From a virus (taxonomy: Duplodnaviria; Heunggongvirae; Uroviricota; Caudoviricetes), in the IMG/VR virus record IMGVR_UViG_3300034357_000765: a stretch of 57,327 bases of DNA. One strand, written 5' to 3'. The notes under the pieces were generated by a model, which saw nothing but the letters and a program-made list of their open reading frames with translations, was not told where the DNA came from and ran no database searches. The position numbers and the translations under genes are program-made. This document shows positions 35,570 through 44,252 of this stretch, piece by piece (within the stretch, counting starts at the first letter, position 1; every line of letters starts with the position of its first letter).

Positions 35570-36886
35570 TCATTTCTTAGCATCATATTCAGGATTCATG
35601 TACTTACAACTCAAGTCATTTGTGTACAGAGTTCTTACAACAACACCCTCAATGATTCTACCCTCTGATTTCTCTTTAGCAAAGATACCATCACAGTATT
35701 CACAAAGAGCTTCATAGGTCGCAAACTTAGCGATAAACACCGGAGTGTATTCAATCCCAAGAATCTTAGAAACATCTCTCAAATTGTGAGGAGATGAATA
35801 GTTGATTCTTTTAGAGAATCCTTCAGACAAATCATCAATCCCGAAAAGAACAAGTTTCTGTTTTTCATTTGAATCCGGATTCACTTTGTTTCCAGAACCT
35901 TTCAATCCTTGTCCGATAATCTCTCCACGGAAAGCAAGCTGCAATCCATGCTCTTTACAATAAGCTAAACCATTTTCCAATAGTCCAGAGTTTGTAGCCA
36001 ATTCAATCCAAGAGTCTTTTACTTCTTTAGTGATTGCTTCAAAACCATCCATTTCATCATCTTCTCTGAACTGAGATAAATTATCACAAAACCATCCTTT
36101 AGTCATAGTGTCTTTATCAAAGTATCTATGATAAAGATTTTTATCTTCATCTAAGTATTCAGTAACAAAGGTTTGATCCATTTTCTTTTCTTGAGCTCTG
36201 GAACAAACACCAGATTTGTAGTCTTCACCTTCTAATTTGAAGTAAGTCGTGTGAGAACTACCATCACGTTTGATAGTGATTCCCATTTCCTGACCTTCTG
36301 TTATTATCTTTTTGACGTGGTCTACAATGTTGTTGATGTTTTGTTCATCAGTCTTATACATAAAAGAAGGGAACTCACCAGCGATTAAACCAGAGCCTGC
36401 AGTTTCTGGTTCTTCATACTTAGTGACACCCAACTCTTCTGCTAAGTCTAATTCTCTATATGCTTCAGGAGAAGGCATATCACTATAGAAGCAATAGTTT
36501 TCATCACCTTCAAACAAGAAAGCTTCTACTTCTTCTAAAGGTAGTAAGACACCATTTGAATAAATAGGGTCGTTAGAACCTTCGAAAGAAAAGTTAAACT
36601 TAATCGCACGAATACGATTTTGCTTACCTAATCTAGATCTCTTTGGATCTCCACCAGGTGCAATGAAACTCATAAATAAGTCGTTTTCAGAAAGACAATA
36701 GTCTGGTTGGATATAGATTGCCTTTGAACCTATCTCATATAAGCCTTTCTGTGCAATCACATTAAAACCACATTCACCACCATTATCAAAACTAAACTTA
36801 GCTACTTGAATAGCATTTGCCTCAGCTCCTTCTTTGAAGACTGGAATCAAATTAGTTATCGTTACAATTTCTACTATCTTTACCAT
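35570..36886 (-). CDS. RNA ligase, DRB0094/Rnl5-like, 438 aa
   Basis: N-terminal OB-like module; TIKRDGSS, FRGEIIG, EGVVVR, KYMNPEY. Confidence 0.82.
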   Translation of the reverse strand: MVKIVEIVTITNLIPVFKEGAEANAIQVAKFSFDNGGECGFNVIAQKGLYEIGSKAIYIQPDYCLSENDLFMSFIAPGGDPKRSRLGKQNRIRAIKFNFSFEGSNDPIYSNGVLLPLEEVEAFLFEGDENYCFYSDMPSPEAYRELDLAEELGVTKYEEPETAGSGLIAGEFPSFMYKTDEQNINNIVDHVKKIITEGQEMGITIKRDGSSHTTYFKLEGEDYKSGVCSRAQEKKMDQTFVTEYLDEDKNLYHRYFDKDTMTKGWFCDNLSQFREDDEMDGFEAITKEVKDSWIELATNSGLLENGLAYCKEHGLQLAFRGEIIGQGLKGSGNKVNPDSNEKQKLVLFGIDDLSEGFSKRINYSSPHNLRDVSKILGIEYTPVFIAKFATYEALCEYCDGIFAKEKSEGRIIEGVVVRTLYTNDLSCKYMNPEYDAKK

Positions 36887-36894
36887 TTTTATTT

Positions 36895-37509
36895 TTATTT
36901 AAGAAATGTTTTTTCATAAACATCTCTGATTGCTTTTATTCCATTTGGTTGAATCTCTCTGGTTCCTATACCAGCAAAATCCTGTTCTGTTATCAAAGGT
37001 ACTTCTTTTAATTCTACAAACCTAAGAGAATTGTAAGACCATCTAAACCATTTATCTTTAATCTGATCAAAAACAAAAACATCGTTTTCTTGGTTTATCG
37101 CCATCATTACAGCATATCCAGTACCACCATCAACTACATCATTCTTAGAGTTGTTCTTATATCCTTTAACAGATTTCTCACCTGCTTTGATTATAGTACC
37201 GATAGCAAAAACTTGCTTTGAATATTTAACTTGTGCCCAGTTTCTGGCCAACAAACTCATATACTTATGAATACCAAATCTACCCAAAGTTTTGTTTGCT
37301 TTGGTTATTTGAATAACACCTTCTTCATAATCTGCATCCGAAATCTCTACTTTATTTGGAGATACGTGAGACTTTGTTCTATATGAATAAGCCTTAGTCT
37401 TAACACCAAACTCTTCACCAATTTCATCCCAAACTGTATCAGCACCGGTGGCACCACCGGAATGACAAGTTATTTTAGTAAGATCTATTTTTGTGTTGAA
37501 AATATCCAT
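36895..37509 (-). CDS. SLOG-superfamily (YspA/YpsA-like) protein, 204 aa
   Basis: CHSGGATGAD, LARNWAQV, GGTGYAV. Confidence 0.72.
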   Translation of the reverse strand: MDIFNTKIDLTKITCHSGGATGADTVWDEIGEEFGVKTKAYSYRTKSHVSPNKVEISDADYEEGVIQITKANKTLGRFGIHKYMSLLARNWAQVKYSKQVFAIGTIIKAGEKSVKGYKNNSKNDVVDGGTGYAVMMAINQENDVFVFDQIKDKWFRWSYNSLRFVELKEVPLITEQDFAGIGTREIQPNGIKAIRDVYEKTFLK

Positions 37510-37769
37510 TAGTCTAATATGTTTTTTAATATAATTTCTCTTATTGTTGCGGTATCATTCAAATAAACTTTTATACAGAAAGTACCATTGAACTTATTTA
37601 GTATAGTCGCTTTTTCAAACGACTTCACACTCGCTGGTATACCAATCTTTCTGAGATACTCTGTTGCTCTCGTTTTTGCAAACACAGTATCAAAACCAAC
37701 AACCTTATCATCTATAACATCTTTCAGTATAAGTTTTTTGTTGGTATCATAAAAGTAAATGTCAGTCAT
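37509..37769 (-). CDS. hypothetical protein with C-terminal RExxL tag, 86 aa
   Basis: Ends REIILKNILD. Confidence 0.65.
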   Translation of the reverse strand: MTDIYFYDTNKKLILKDVIDDKVVGFDTVFAKTRATEYLRKIGIPASVKSFEKATILNKFNGTFCIKVYLNDTATIREIILKNILD

Positions 37770-38640
37770 TCAATTCTAATTTTAAGTTGTCTGTGCTCCA
37801 GATTGCAAGCTCGCCATCCATTCGGAAATACAAGTCTCTGATGTCATATGGCTCGTTGAAGATATATTTTTTCAAATACATAAAAAACTTATGACCATTA
37901 CATCCAACTGGCTCGCTATGTAGTATTTCACCACTATCTTTACAAAGATACTGATTTATTCTGAAGTTTTCAACTTTTTTAATAGTAAATGGTGTTATAG
38001 TAAAATCTTCACCATCCAATCCTTCGATAATCTCTCTAACATCTTCTATCTTTTCAAAAGAGTAGATAATCTCGTCGTGTTTAATACACTCTATTTTAAG
38101 ACCATATTTTGACATAGCGTTTTTGATGTCTTCAATCATCACTCTTTGTGCCTTTATCTGTTTCTTTGGATTTAGATTTCCAAAGATATACTGTCTGAAA
38201 TGTTTTGATTTATGGAATACCTCTGGTACTCCAAACTTATTCAAGAACTCAGAATAGGTTTCACCTAATTCATTTATAAAAGATGGATCGTATTTCTTCA
38301 TTGCTTGCCAGTTCGCCATCTTTAAGTCAATAGAAAGATAGTTCACTCCCTCAGAATATTCGAAGCTCTTGTTAGTCGGATAATCTGGAATAAGATTTTC
38401 GTCTGCCATATCGTTGTATGCACGAGTTCCTTTAACAAATGCAACAATTTCGTCAATCTTAGACATACGATATTCAAACATGTCTCCAATCTCTGACTCT
38501 GCCTTTTCATATAGTGTAATAAGCTCGTCAAGGTTCTTCCATCTATCAATACGTGAGAATTGATTCTTGTAGTATTCGAAGTCGTCAAAACTTGCTATGT
38601 TCAAATCAAACATCTTACAAAAACTCTTTATATCTTTCAT
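37762..38640 (-). CDS. hypothetical protein, possible polymerase-palm-like fold, 292 aa
   Basis: LSIDLKMANW ... SKHFRQYIFG ... IKHDEII; the ORF is solid, the function is speculative. Confidence 0.6.
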   Translation of the reverse strand: MKDIKSFCKMFDLNIASFDDFEYYKNQFSRIDRWKNLDELITLYEKAESEIGDMFEYRMSKIDEIVAFVKGTRAYNDMADENLIPDYPTNKSFEYSEGVNYLSIDLKMANWQAMKKYDPSFINELGETYSEFLNKFGVPEVFHKSKHFRQYIFGNLNPKKQIKAQRVMIEDIKNAMSKYGLKIECIKHDEIIYSFEKIEDVREIIEGLDGEDFTITPFTIKKVENFRINQYLCKDSGEILHSEPVGCNGHKFFMYLKKYIFNEPYDIRDLYFRMDGELAIWSTDNLKLELND

Positions 38641-38645
38641 CTTTA

Positions 38646-39071
38646 TTATTTTAAAATTTCATCAATCTTTCTATCTCTATCCAACACTTTGTTTCTTTTT
38701 AAGAAACTTTCCCAATGAACAGCAAGTCTTTCTTTTTTCTGTAGCTCGTCTCGTCTCTTACAGAATCTCTTTACATATTGAAGTAGAAAATAGAATCTTA
38801 TTTTAGACAGACCAATATCCTTTAGTTCGTATTTACATTCGTCTCTACCATCACAAAGATGTATATAGTATGGTCTATTATCATCAGCATCATTATTCCT
38901 TTTAATCTCTTTAAGAATTTTTAGATACTCTGATTTGAATCCTTTTTGGTCAGGTCCATAGCTAGGTTGAATCTTTGTTTTTACCCAATCCGCACTTTGG
39001 TTTTTCATTTCTCTTACGATGAATCTTTTCAGCTGAGCCAGTGATTTTTCCGTTTCTATTTCTTCTCTCAT
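38646..39071 (-). CDS. hypothetical protein with C-terminal RDxKI tag, 141 aa
   Basis: Ends RDRKIDEILK. Confidence 0.7.
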   Translation of the reverse strand: MREEIETEKSLAQLKRFIVREMKNQSADWVKTKIQPSYGPDQKGFKSEYLKILKEIKRNNDADDNRPYYIHLCDGRDECKYELKDIGLSKIRFYFLLQYVKRFCKRRDELQKKERLAVHWESFLKRNKVLDRDRKIDEILK

Positions 39072-39508
39072 AATATTTTTTTTAGTTTAAAGTCTCTTAC
39101 AATGGTCGTTGGTTCATCCTTCATTCTACCCATATCCTCCATCAATCTTCGATTCATTTCGTTTATCAAGATTACGTCTTTCAACTTCTCCTTCGACAGC
39201 ATCAGAAATGACTTTGGATCACCAACATCTCTTGGGTTTCTCTTCGTGCTTGTTCCAGGTATGTTCATATAATAGTTCTGCTTTGGAAGCGTCCATGTAA
39301 TCTGCCACACATCTTCTACTATCGTAGTTCCTATGATGTAGTTGTCTATCACTAACATAGACATATGATTATTCAACTTCTCTGAATAACATTTTACAAA
39401 TATTCTTTTCAGTTTATGTTCATACTTTACATAGTCTAAATCACAAATCTTGTATTCCTCTTCGAAGAACACTTCTTCAAGCAATGATTTTATTTCATCT
39501 GCGTTCAT
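39068..39508 (-). CDS. hypothetical protein with C-terminal RDxKL tag, 146 aa
   Basis: Ends RDFKLKKIL; ATGA overlaps. Confidence 0.7.
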   Translation of the reverse strand: MNADEIKSLLEEVFFEEEYKICDLDYVKYEHKLKRIFVKCYSEKLNNHMSMLVIDNYIIGTTIVEDVWQITWTLPKQNYYMNIPGTSTKRNPRDVGDPKSFLMLSKEKLKDVILINEMNRRLMEDMGRMKDEPTTIVRDFKLKKIL

Positions 39509-39783
39509 AGTCCTATATTTTTTAACTTAGCTTCTCTAAGTAATGGTAGTATTACTTCGTCATAAGAATAGTCTTCGCCTTCTTTCAGAGTCCAAACAAG
39601 TTCAGATAGTTCCTTTTTTATAATAGAGTGTGTTTTGTCAAATTCCAAACGAGTTGAGAACATTCTCTTTTCAAGACGGAAGAAAGTCGGAGGTGTCAGT
39701 CTTCCTTTCATCACACATTTTATAAGTTCGTCTTTTAAGCAAAGATAATACTTTCCACCATCTTTAATCAAAAAAAAATTCAT
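39505..39783 (-). CDS. hypothetical protein with C-terminal RExKL tag, 92 aa
   Basis: Ends REAKLKNIGL. Confidence 0.7.
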   Translation of the reverse strand: MNFFLIKDGGKYYLCLKDELIKCVMKGRLTPPTFFRLEKRMFSTRLEFDKTHSIIKKELSELVWTLKEGEDYSYDEVILPLLREAKLKNIGL

Positions 39784-40157
39784 ATACCCAGTTTTTTCAA
39801 CTTACTTTCTCTATATTTTATCCTGTCTGGTTTGTATTCATCAGCGATATGTTCAAACCATTCTTTCCAAGTATCGAAGAACTCAAAGTTAGACCACATA
39901 CTCATTCGATCTTTCTCTTCCATCATCTGCTCTTGATTATAGTATGATGTCTCTAATCTCTGCTTGTCGTCGAAACTTAGACACAACCACCAATCCTTTT
40001 CTACTTTTTTAGAAAGATACTTTGAATAGAAAAGAGAAAGACGATGTTCTTGCTCTCTTCTTACCTGTCTATCAGACTTTGAAGAAGAGTAATATCCAAC
40101 CTCACCATCTCTCTGACGATCCTGGAACTTCGAAAAGTTGTTGTCTTTATATTTCAT
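39780..40157 (-). CDS. hypothetical protein with C-terminal RExKL tag, 125 aa
   Basis: Ends RESKLKKLGI. Confidence 0.7.
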   Translation of the reverse strand: MKYKDNNFSKFQDRQRDGEVGYYSSSKSDRQVRREQEHRLSLFYSKYLSKKVEKDWWLCLSFDDKQRLETSYYNQEQMMEEKDRMSMWSNFEFFDTWKEWFEHIADEYKPDRIKYRESKLKKLGI

Positions 40158-40513
40158 ATTCCTAATGATTTTAATCTTTCGTCTCTTCTGTATATCTCAT
40201 AGTTTTCATCGTCTGTTATGAAGTGTCTTTCTAATTCATCCAATGTCATATAGACCCATCTGGTTCTATCCTCATATTTTCGTTTCCATGAATCTTTAAT
40301 AGGATTGTTGTTTTCATCAAAGCAACCAACCCAATCATCTTCTAAACACAATCCCCAACCTTTCTTATCAGTCGCTGCGTTGTATTCTAGATTACCTTGT
40401 CCTTTTACTTTATATGTAGAGCCAACACGAAGTCCTTCGATTGGTTCGATACAAACAACTGCCATACAATCCCATCTTTCTGTCATATCTTTATTTTTCT
40501 CCGTGATGATCAA
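40154..40513 (-). CDS. hypothetical protein with C-terminal RDxRL tag, 119 aa
   Basis: Ends RDERLKSLGI. Confidence 0.7.
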   Translation of the reverse strand: MIITEKNKDMTERWDCMAVVCIEPIEGLRVGSTYKVKGQGNLEYNAATDKKGWGLCLEDDWVGCFDENNNPIKDSWKRKYEDRTRWVYMTLDELERHFITDDENYEIYRRDERLKSLGI

Positions 40514-41099
40514 CTACTCCTACTTTCTTTTTCTTCATTTCTGCTTTCACCTGCTCGTATGAGATTGGTGTGTAGTCTATACAAGGACATCCAACATCCA
40601 TTACTTTTCTTTTGTAGTACTCTTGTTGAGTAGCCATTAAAGATCCGTGAGTGTGTCCGTGAAGATGCCAAGATCCATAGTGGCTTCTGTTCCAAGAAAA
40701 GATTGGATAATGACTCATTATGATTTGCTGGTATCCGTTGCAACCTCTCAATCCTTCGTTGTCTTCATCTTTTACCCAGATTTCAGTTCCGTATTCGTGG
40801 ACTCCATCCATTCTATCAACTGCAATGATGTCTTTCATCTTATCATGGTTTCCCATAATATGTATAATCTTTCCTTTCAGAGAGTGTACAAACCATTTGG
40901 TCCCATCACTTCTTCCAAAAGAAAGGTCTCCTAAGTTGTAGACGATGTCGTTTTCCCCAACAACGTTGTTCCACCTTTTAATCATTTCAACGTGCATTTC
41001 TTCAACATCCACAAATGGTCTGTTGTCGAATTTTATCACGTTCTTATGAAAGAGGTGTAAATCACTTATGAAGAATATGTTTTGTTTTTCGTATTTCAT
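40491..41099 (-). CDS. calcineurin-like metallophosphoesterase, 202 aa
   Basis: SDLH, LGD, GNHD, SHYP, HGHTH. Confidence 0.9.
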   Translation of the reverse strand: MKYEKQNIFFISDLHLFHKNVIKFDNRPFVDVEEMHVEMIKRWNNVVGENDIVYNLGDLSFGRSDGTKWFVHSLKGKIIHIMGNHDKMKDIIAVDRMDGVHEYGTEIWVKDEDNEGLRGCNGYQQIIMSHYPIFSWNRSHYGSWHLHGHTHGSLMATQQEYYKRKVMDVGCPCIDYTPISYEQVKAEMKKKKVGVVDHHGEK

Positions 41100-41371
41100 T
41101 TTCTTTTTAATCTTTTTATTTTTTCTTTTATTATTGACTCGACTATACTTTGTCCGTATGTGTCACATATATCTTTACCATTCTTATCATAGAACTGAAA
41201 GCACTCTAAATCTCCGTTTTTTTCACAGAATATTTGACCTACTATCTTTTCACCGTTTATTGTCAATGTTCCTGTATAACAAACTTCTTCATCAGTTCTT
41301 TCGATAGTCTTCAATCTAAAGATTGTGGACTCTATTTTGTTGAACTCGTCGAATCTAAATATTCTAGTCAT
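41096..41371 (-). CDS. hypothetical protein, 91 aa
   Basis: Start moved to ATG 41371 (MTRIFRFDEF), downstream of the promoter. Confidence 0.6.
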   Translation of the reverse strand: MTRIFRFDEFNKIESTIFRLKTIERTDEEVCYTGTLTINGEKIVGQIFCEKNGDLECFQFYDKNGKDICDTYGQSIVESIIKEKIKRLKRK

Positions 41372-41385
41372 GCTTTTATTTTTTA

Positions 41386-41393
41386 CAAATATA
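41386..41393 (-). promoter_or_regulatory. Bacteroidota-type promoter -7 box TATATTTG
   Basis: TTTG 20 nt upstream (41414-41417); heads the leftward accessory operon. Confidence 0.65.
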
Positions 41394-41441
41394 CGAAACA
41401 CAACTGACACCGACAAATATATAAACAAAAAAAAGTATTTA

Positions 41442-42311
41442 ATGAAATTCTCTAAAAACGTCGGACAGACACCGCTGGTAAAAATATCAGAAAGAATATT
41501 TGCAAAATTCGAAGGACACAACCCAAGCGGATCTTTAAAAGACAGAATGGCAGTCTATATAATAGATGATGCCGAAAAACAAGGACTTATAAAGAAAGGA
41601 GATACATTGATAGAAGCCACTTCGGGAAACTCTGGAATAGCATTTGCTATGCTTGGTGCAGAAAGAGGTTACAAAGTAATCATAGTCATGCCAAAGAACA
41701 TGAGTGAAGAAAGAAAAAAGATACTAAAGATATACGGAGCAGAACTTATTGAAGTAGAAGATGGAAGATTTGATGATGCAATTGCTTTAAGAGATAAAAT
41801 GGCCGAAGAGAATGGTTATTTCAATCCTAGACAATTTTCAAACCCACTAAACGCGAAAGCACACTACGAAACAACAGCACCAGAAATACTACATCAACAT
41901 ACAAACAGAATTGCCGCGTTTGTTTCAGGAACAGGAACCGGCGGCACTTTAATGGGAACTTCAATGCTACTAAAGATGCATCATCCTTTTATGAAAACGG
42001 TTGCTGTAGAACCTGCAGAATCTCCGGTAATGAGTGGTGGTAAACCAGGTCTTCATGGAATACAAGGGATTGGTGATGGTAGTAAGTTTTTAGTAGATTT
42101 GAATCTGGTAGATGACATAATGGTTATTTCAACACAGGATGCAATAGATAGAGCAAAAAGACTTGCTAGTGAGAATGGTTTATTTGTGGGAATCAGCTCG
42201 GGTGCAAATATATTGGCAGCTGAAAGACTTTTAGAAAAATATCCTGAAATGGAAGGAGATGTGATAACAATACTATGTGATAGAGGCGAGAGATATTTAT
42301 CGGTTTTATAA
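41442..42311 (+). CDS. cysK: cysteine synthase (PLP-dependent, CysK/CysM family), 289 aa
   Basis: GQTPLV, KFEGHNPSGSLKDR, EATSGNSG, GTGTGGT, IQGIG, GISSGAN, DRGERYLS; start moved to ATG 41442. Confidence 0.92.
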   Translation: MKFSKNVGQTPLVKISERIFAKFEGHNPSGSLKDRMAVYIIDDAEKQGLIKKGDTLIEATSGNSGIAFAMLGAERGYKVIIVMPKNMSEERKKILKIYGAELIEVEDGRFDDAIALRDKMAEENGYFNPRQFSNPLNAKAHYETTAPEILHQHTNRIAAFVSGTGTGGTLMGTSMLLKMHHPFMKTVAVEPAESPVMSGGKPGLHGIQGIGDGSKFLVDLNLVDDIMVISTQDAIDRAKRLASENGLFVGISSGANILAAERLLEKYPEMEGDVITILCDRGERYLSVL

Positions 42312-42312
42312 A

Positions 42313-42322
42313 TTAATATATA
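42313..42322 (+). promoter_or_regulatory. phage-type promoter motif TTAATATATA
   Basis: Heads the five-gene MKxLKxF cluster. Confidence 0.6.
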
Positions 42323-42351
42323 GTATATAAGAAAAAAAACAAAAAAGAAAT

Positions 42352-43101
42352 ATGAGAAATCTTAAAAAATTCGAAAACTTTGATGGCCTTGCTGCTGATG
42401 AAGAAATGGATCAAATGAACAACGACCAAATCTATGCAGATAGAGATGCCCAAGACGAACATGATACACATGATGCTCAATATTCTCAAAATGACGAAGA
42501 ACCAGTAGACGTTTTAGCTAGATTCGAAGAAGAATTTGGTGATAATGAACCATCTAACCAAGAAGTTATGGAATTCTATCACAAACTTAGATCAGAAGGT
42601 GTTGATGGTATAGAAATATTTGACACACTTTTAAGTAATAATAAAATAGGTGAAGGTGATGATGAGAACTACTCTGATGATGATGATAACTACGATCCAG
42701 AGCACGACGAAGATTTCGGTGCAATGAGAGCTGACGGTTCTGATGACTTAGGTTATGATGATGAAGAAGAAGGTCAAGAAGATCAACACTTCGAAGGATT
42801 GAAAAAGTTCTTTGAATTTAATGATATTCAAGAAGACGAAGAAGGATTTGACGAATTTGGTAATTATGATGGCTTAGACAAGAATCAGAGGAAAAAAAGA
42901 ATGCAAGAAGACGAAGAAGAAAGACAAGTTCAAGTGGACGAAGAAGGATTTGACGAATTTGGTAATTATATCGGATTTTCAGATAGTAACTATGATAAAA
43001 TTAACATCAACCCCAACATTGTACGTAAAGGAAAAGAAGGTCAAGAAGATGCTCAACAATACGAAAGACGTTCTTTAAAAAGATTCAACAACTTCAAATA
43101 A
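42352..43101 (+). CDS. very acidic, probably disordered protein with three LKxF motifs, 249 aa
   Basis: MRNLKKFENF, EGLKKFFEF, RSLKRFNNFK; D/E-rich. Confidence 0.72.
   Translation: MRNLKKFENFDGLAADEEMDQMNNDQIYADRDAQDEHDTHDAQYSQNDEEPVDVLARFEEEFGDNEPSNQEVMEFYHKLRSEGVDGIEIFDTLLSNNKIGEGDDENYSDDDDNYDPEHDEDFGAMRADGSDDLGYDDEEEGQEDQHFEGLKKFFEFNDIQEDEEGFDEFGNYDGLDKNQRKKRMQEDEEERQVQVDEEGFDEFGNYIGFSDSNYDKININPNIVRKGKEGQEDAQQYERRSLKRFNNFK
42835..42969. repeat. exact 33-nt intragenic direct repeat (42835-42867 and 42937-42969)
   Basis: gacgaagaaggatttgacgaatttggtaattat (DEEGFDEFGNY) twice. Confidence 0.9.
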
Positions 43102-43421
43102 TGAAATACTTAAAGAGATTCAACGAAGAGTTTGGTAAAAACGAAATAGTTTTCATTAGTCAGAGAAATCCAAGACTTTTGATAACCGTTTCTATTTCCC
43201 CTGATAGAAGAATCTCGAATATAGATAACAAGACGGGAATAAGATTTCCGTTTTCTGTCGGTCAACCAATCAACAGAACTATGGAAGTCTGGGCAAGCAA
43301 CAACAATTTTTTGATGGACGGAAAAGACGTAAGTCCTGAAAAGAAAGTTTTTGGTGTAAGAGCATCAGACGTACCACAGGGACATGAGTGGAGATCAATA
43401 TACCCAAACAAATTTAGATAG
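43101..43421 (+). CDS. hypothetical protein, MKYLKRFNEE N-terminus, 106 aa
   Basis: Stop/start overlap with the previous gene. Confidence 0.72.
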   Translation: MKYLKRFNEEFGKNEIVFISQRNPRLLITVSISPDRRISNIDNKTGIRFPFSVGQPINRTMEVWASNNNFLMDGKDVSPEKKVFGVRASDVPQGHEWRSIYPNKFR

Positions 43422-43422
43422 T

Positions 43423-43773
43423 ATGAAACACTTAAAAAGATTTAACGAAAACAGCCACGACTGGAGAGCCAACGCTTTCCCGGGTGCAACAGAAGAGGAA
43501 ATCGAAGCAGAAATCCAAAAGATAGAAGCAGAAAGAAAAGCAAAAAATCCTCAATCAACTCAACCTACTATTACACCTAAAGCAGTTCCTGCTAAAAAAA
43601 TGACAGAAGAGGAAGAGGAAAACTATTACCGTAGCACAGGATGGGCAACTGGTGATTATGGCCAATACAGAAACCAAAGCACAGATTCTAAAAAAGAAGA
43701 AGAAAAAGAAGTTGAAGAAGAAAAGCCAACACTTGGATCTAAAATAAAAAGTTTTTTCGGATTTAACAAATAA
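43423..43773 (+). CDS. hypothetical protein, MKHLKRFNEN N-terminus, 116 aa
   Basis: Start moved to ATG 43423. Confidence 0.72.
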   Translation: MKHLKRFNENSHDWRANAFPGATEEEIEAEIQKIEAERKAKNPQSTQPTITPKAVPAKKMTEEEEENYYRSTGWATGDYGQYRNQSTDSKKEEEKEVEEEKPTLGSKIKSFFGFNK

Positions 43774-43782
43774 TAAAAGAGA

Positions 43783-44238
43783 ATGAAATACTTAGAGTCA
43801 TACAAAAACTTCCCAAAGAAGTTCGCACACAAATGGAACAGTGAAACACCTGTAGAGATAATCCTACCTAACTACCTTGATGAAGAAAAGGAGAAGGAAA
43901 GAATGCAAAAAGAATGGGAAGAAGCAAACGAGGAAGGTGAGGAAGGCGAAGAAGAAGTATCCGAAAAGAAAATGAATGAATCTGCCGAAATTATGTTAGG
44001 TGATAACAAAATTCATGAAGTCAAAGAAGGAGATCAATTAAGATTCATGGAACACTATAAGAACCATCTTATTAAGAAATATTCACCATCTTTTACAGAT
44101 GAAATAAACCTAGACGAACCGGTAACTTTTATAAGGGTTGAATCTTCTAACTTAATCCGACCAAATTTAATAGTTCGCACCAAAGAAGGTGTTGACTGGG
44201 TATTCGGACCAGAGGCATTCGTATTGGATAGATTGTAA
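43783..44238 (+). CDS. hypothetical protein, MKYLESYKNF N-terminus, 151 aa
   Basis: In operon; Glu-rich middle. Confidence 0.7.
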   Translation: MKYLESYKNFPKKFAHKWNSETPVEIILPNYLDEEKEKERMQKEWEEANEEGEEGEEEVSEKKMNESAEIMLGDNKIHEVKEGDQLRFMEHYKNHLIKKYSPSFTDEINLDEPVTFIRVESSNLIRPNLIVRTKEGVDWVFGPEAFVLDRL

Positions 44239-44252
44239 AAAATATAAAGAGA

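Noticed and set aside
41325-41521. Overlap between cysK and the 41096..41521 ORF
   Set aside because: Better-supported starts at 41442 and 41371 remove the overlap
42835-42969. 33-nt repeat as a CRISPR repeat or att site
   Set aside because: Only two copies, both in frame within a low-complexity protein
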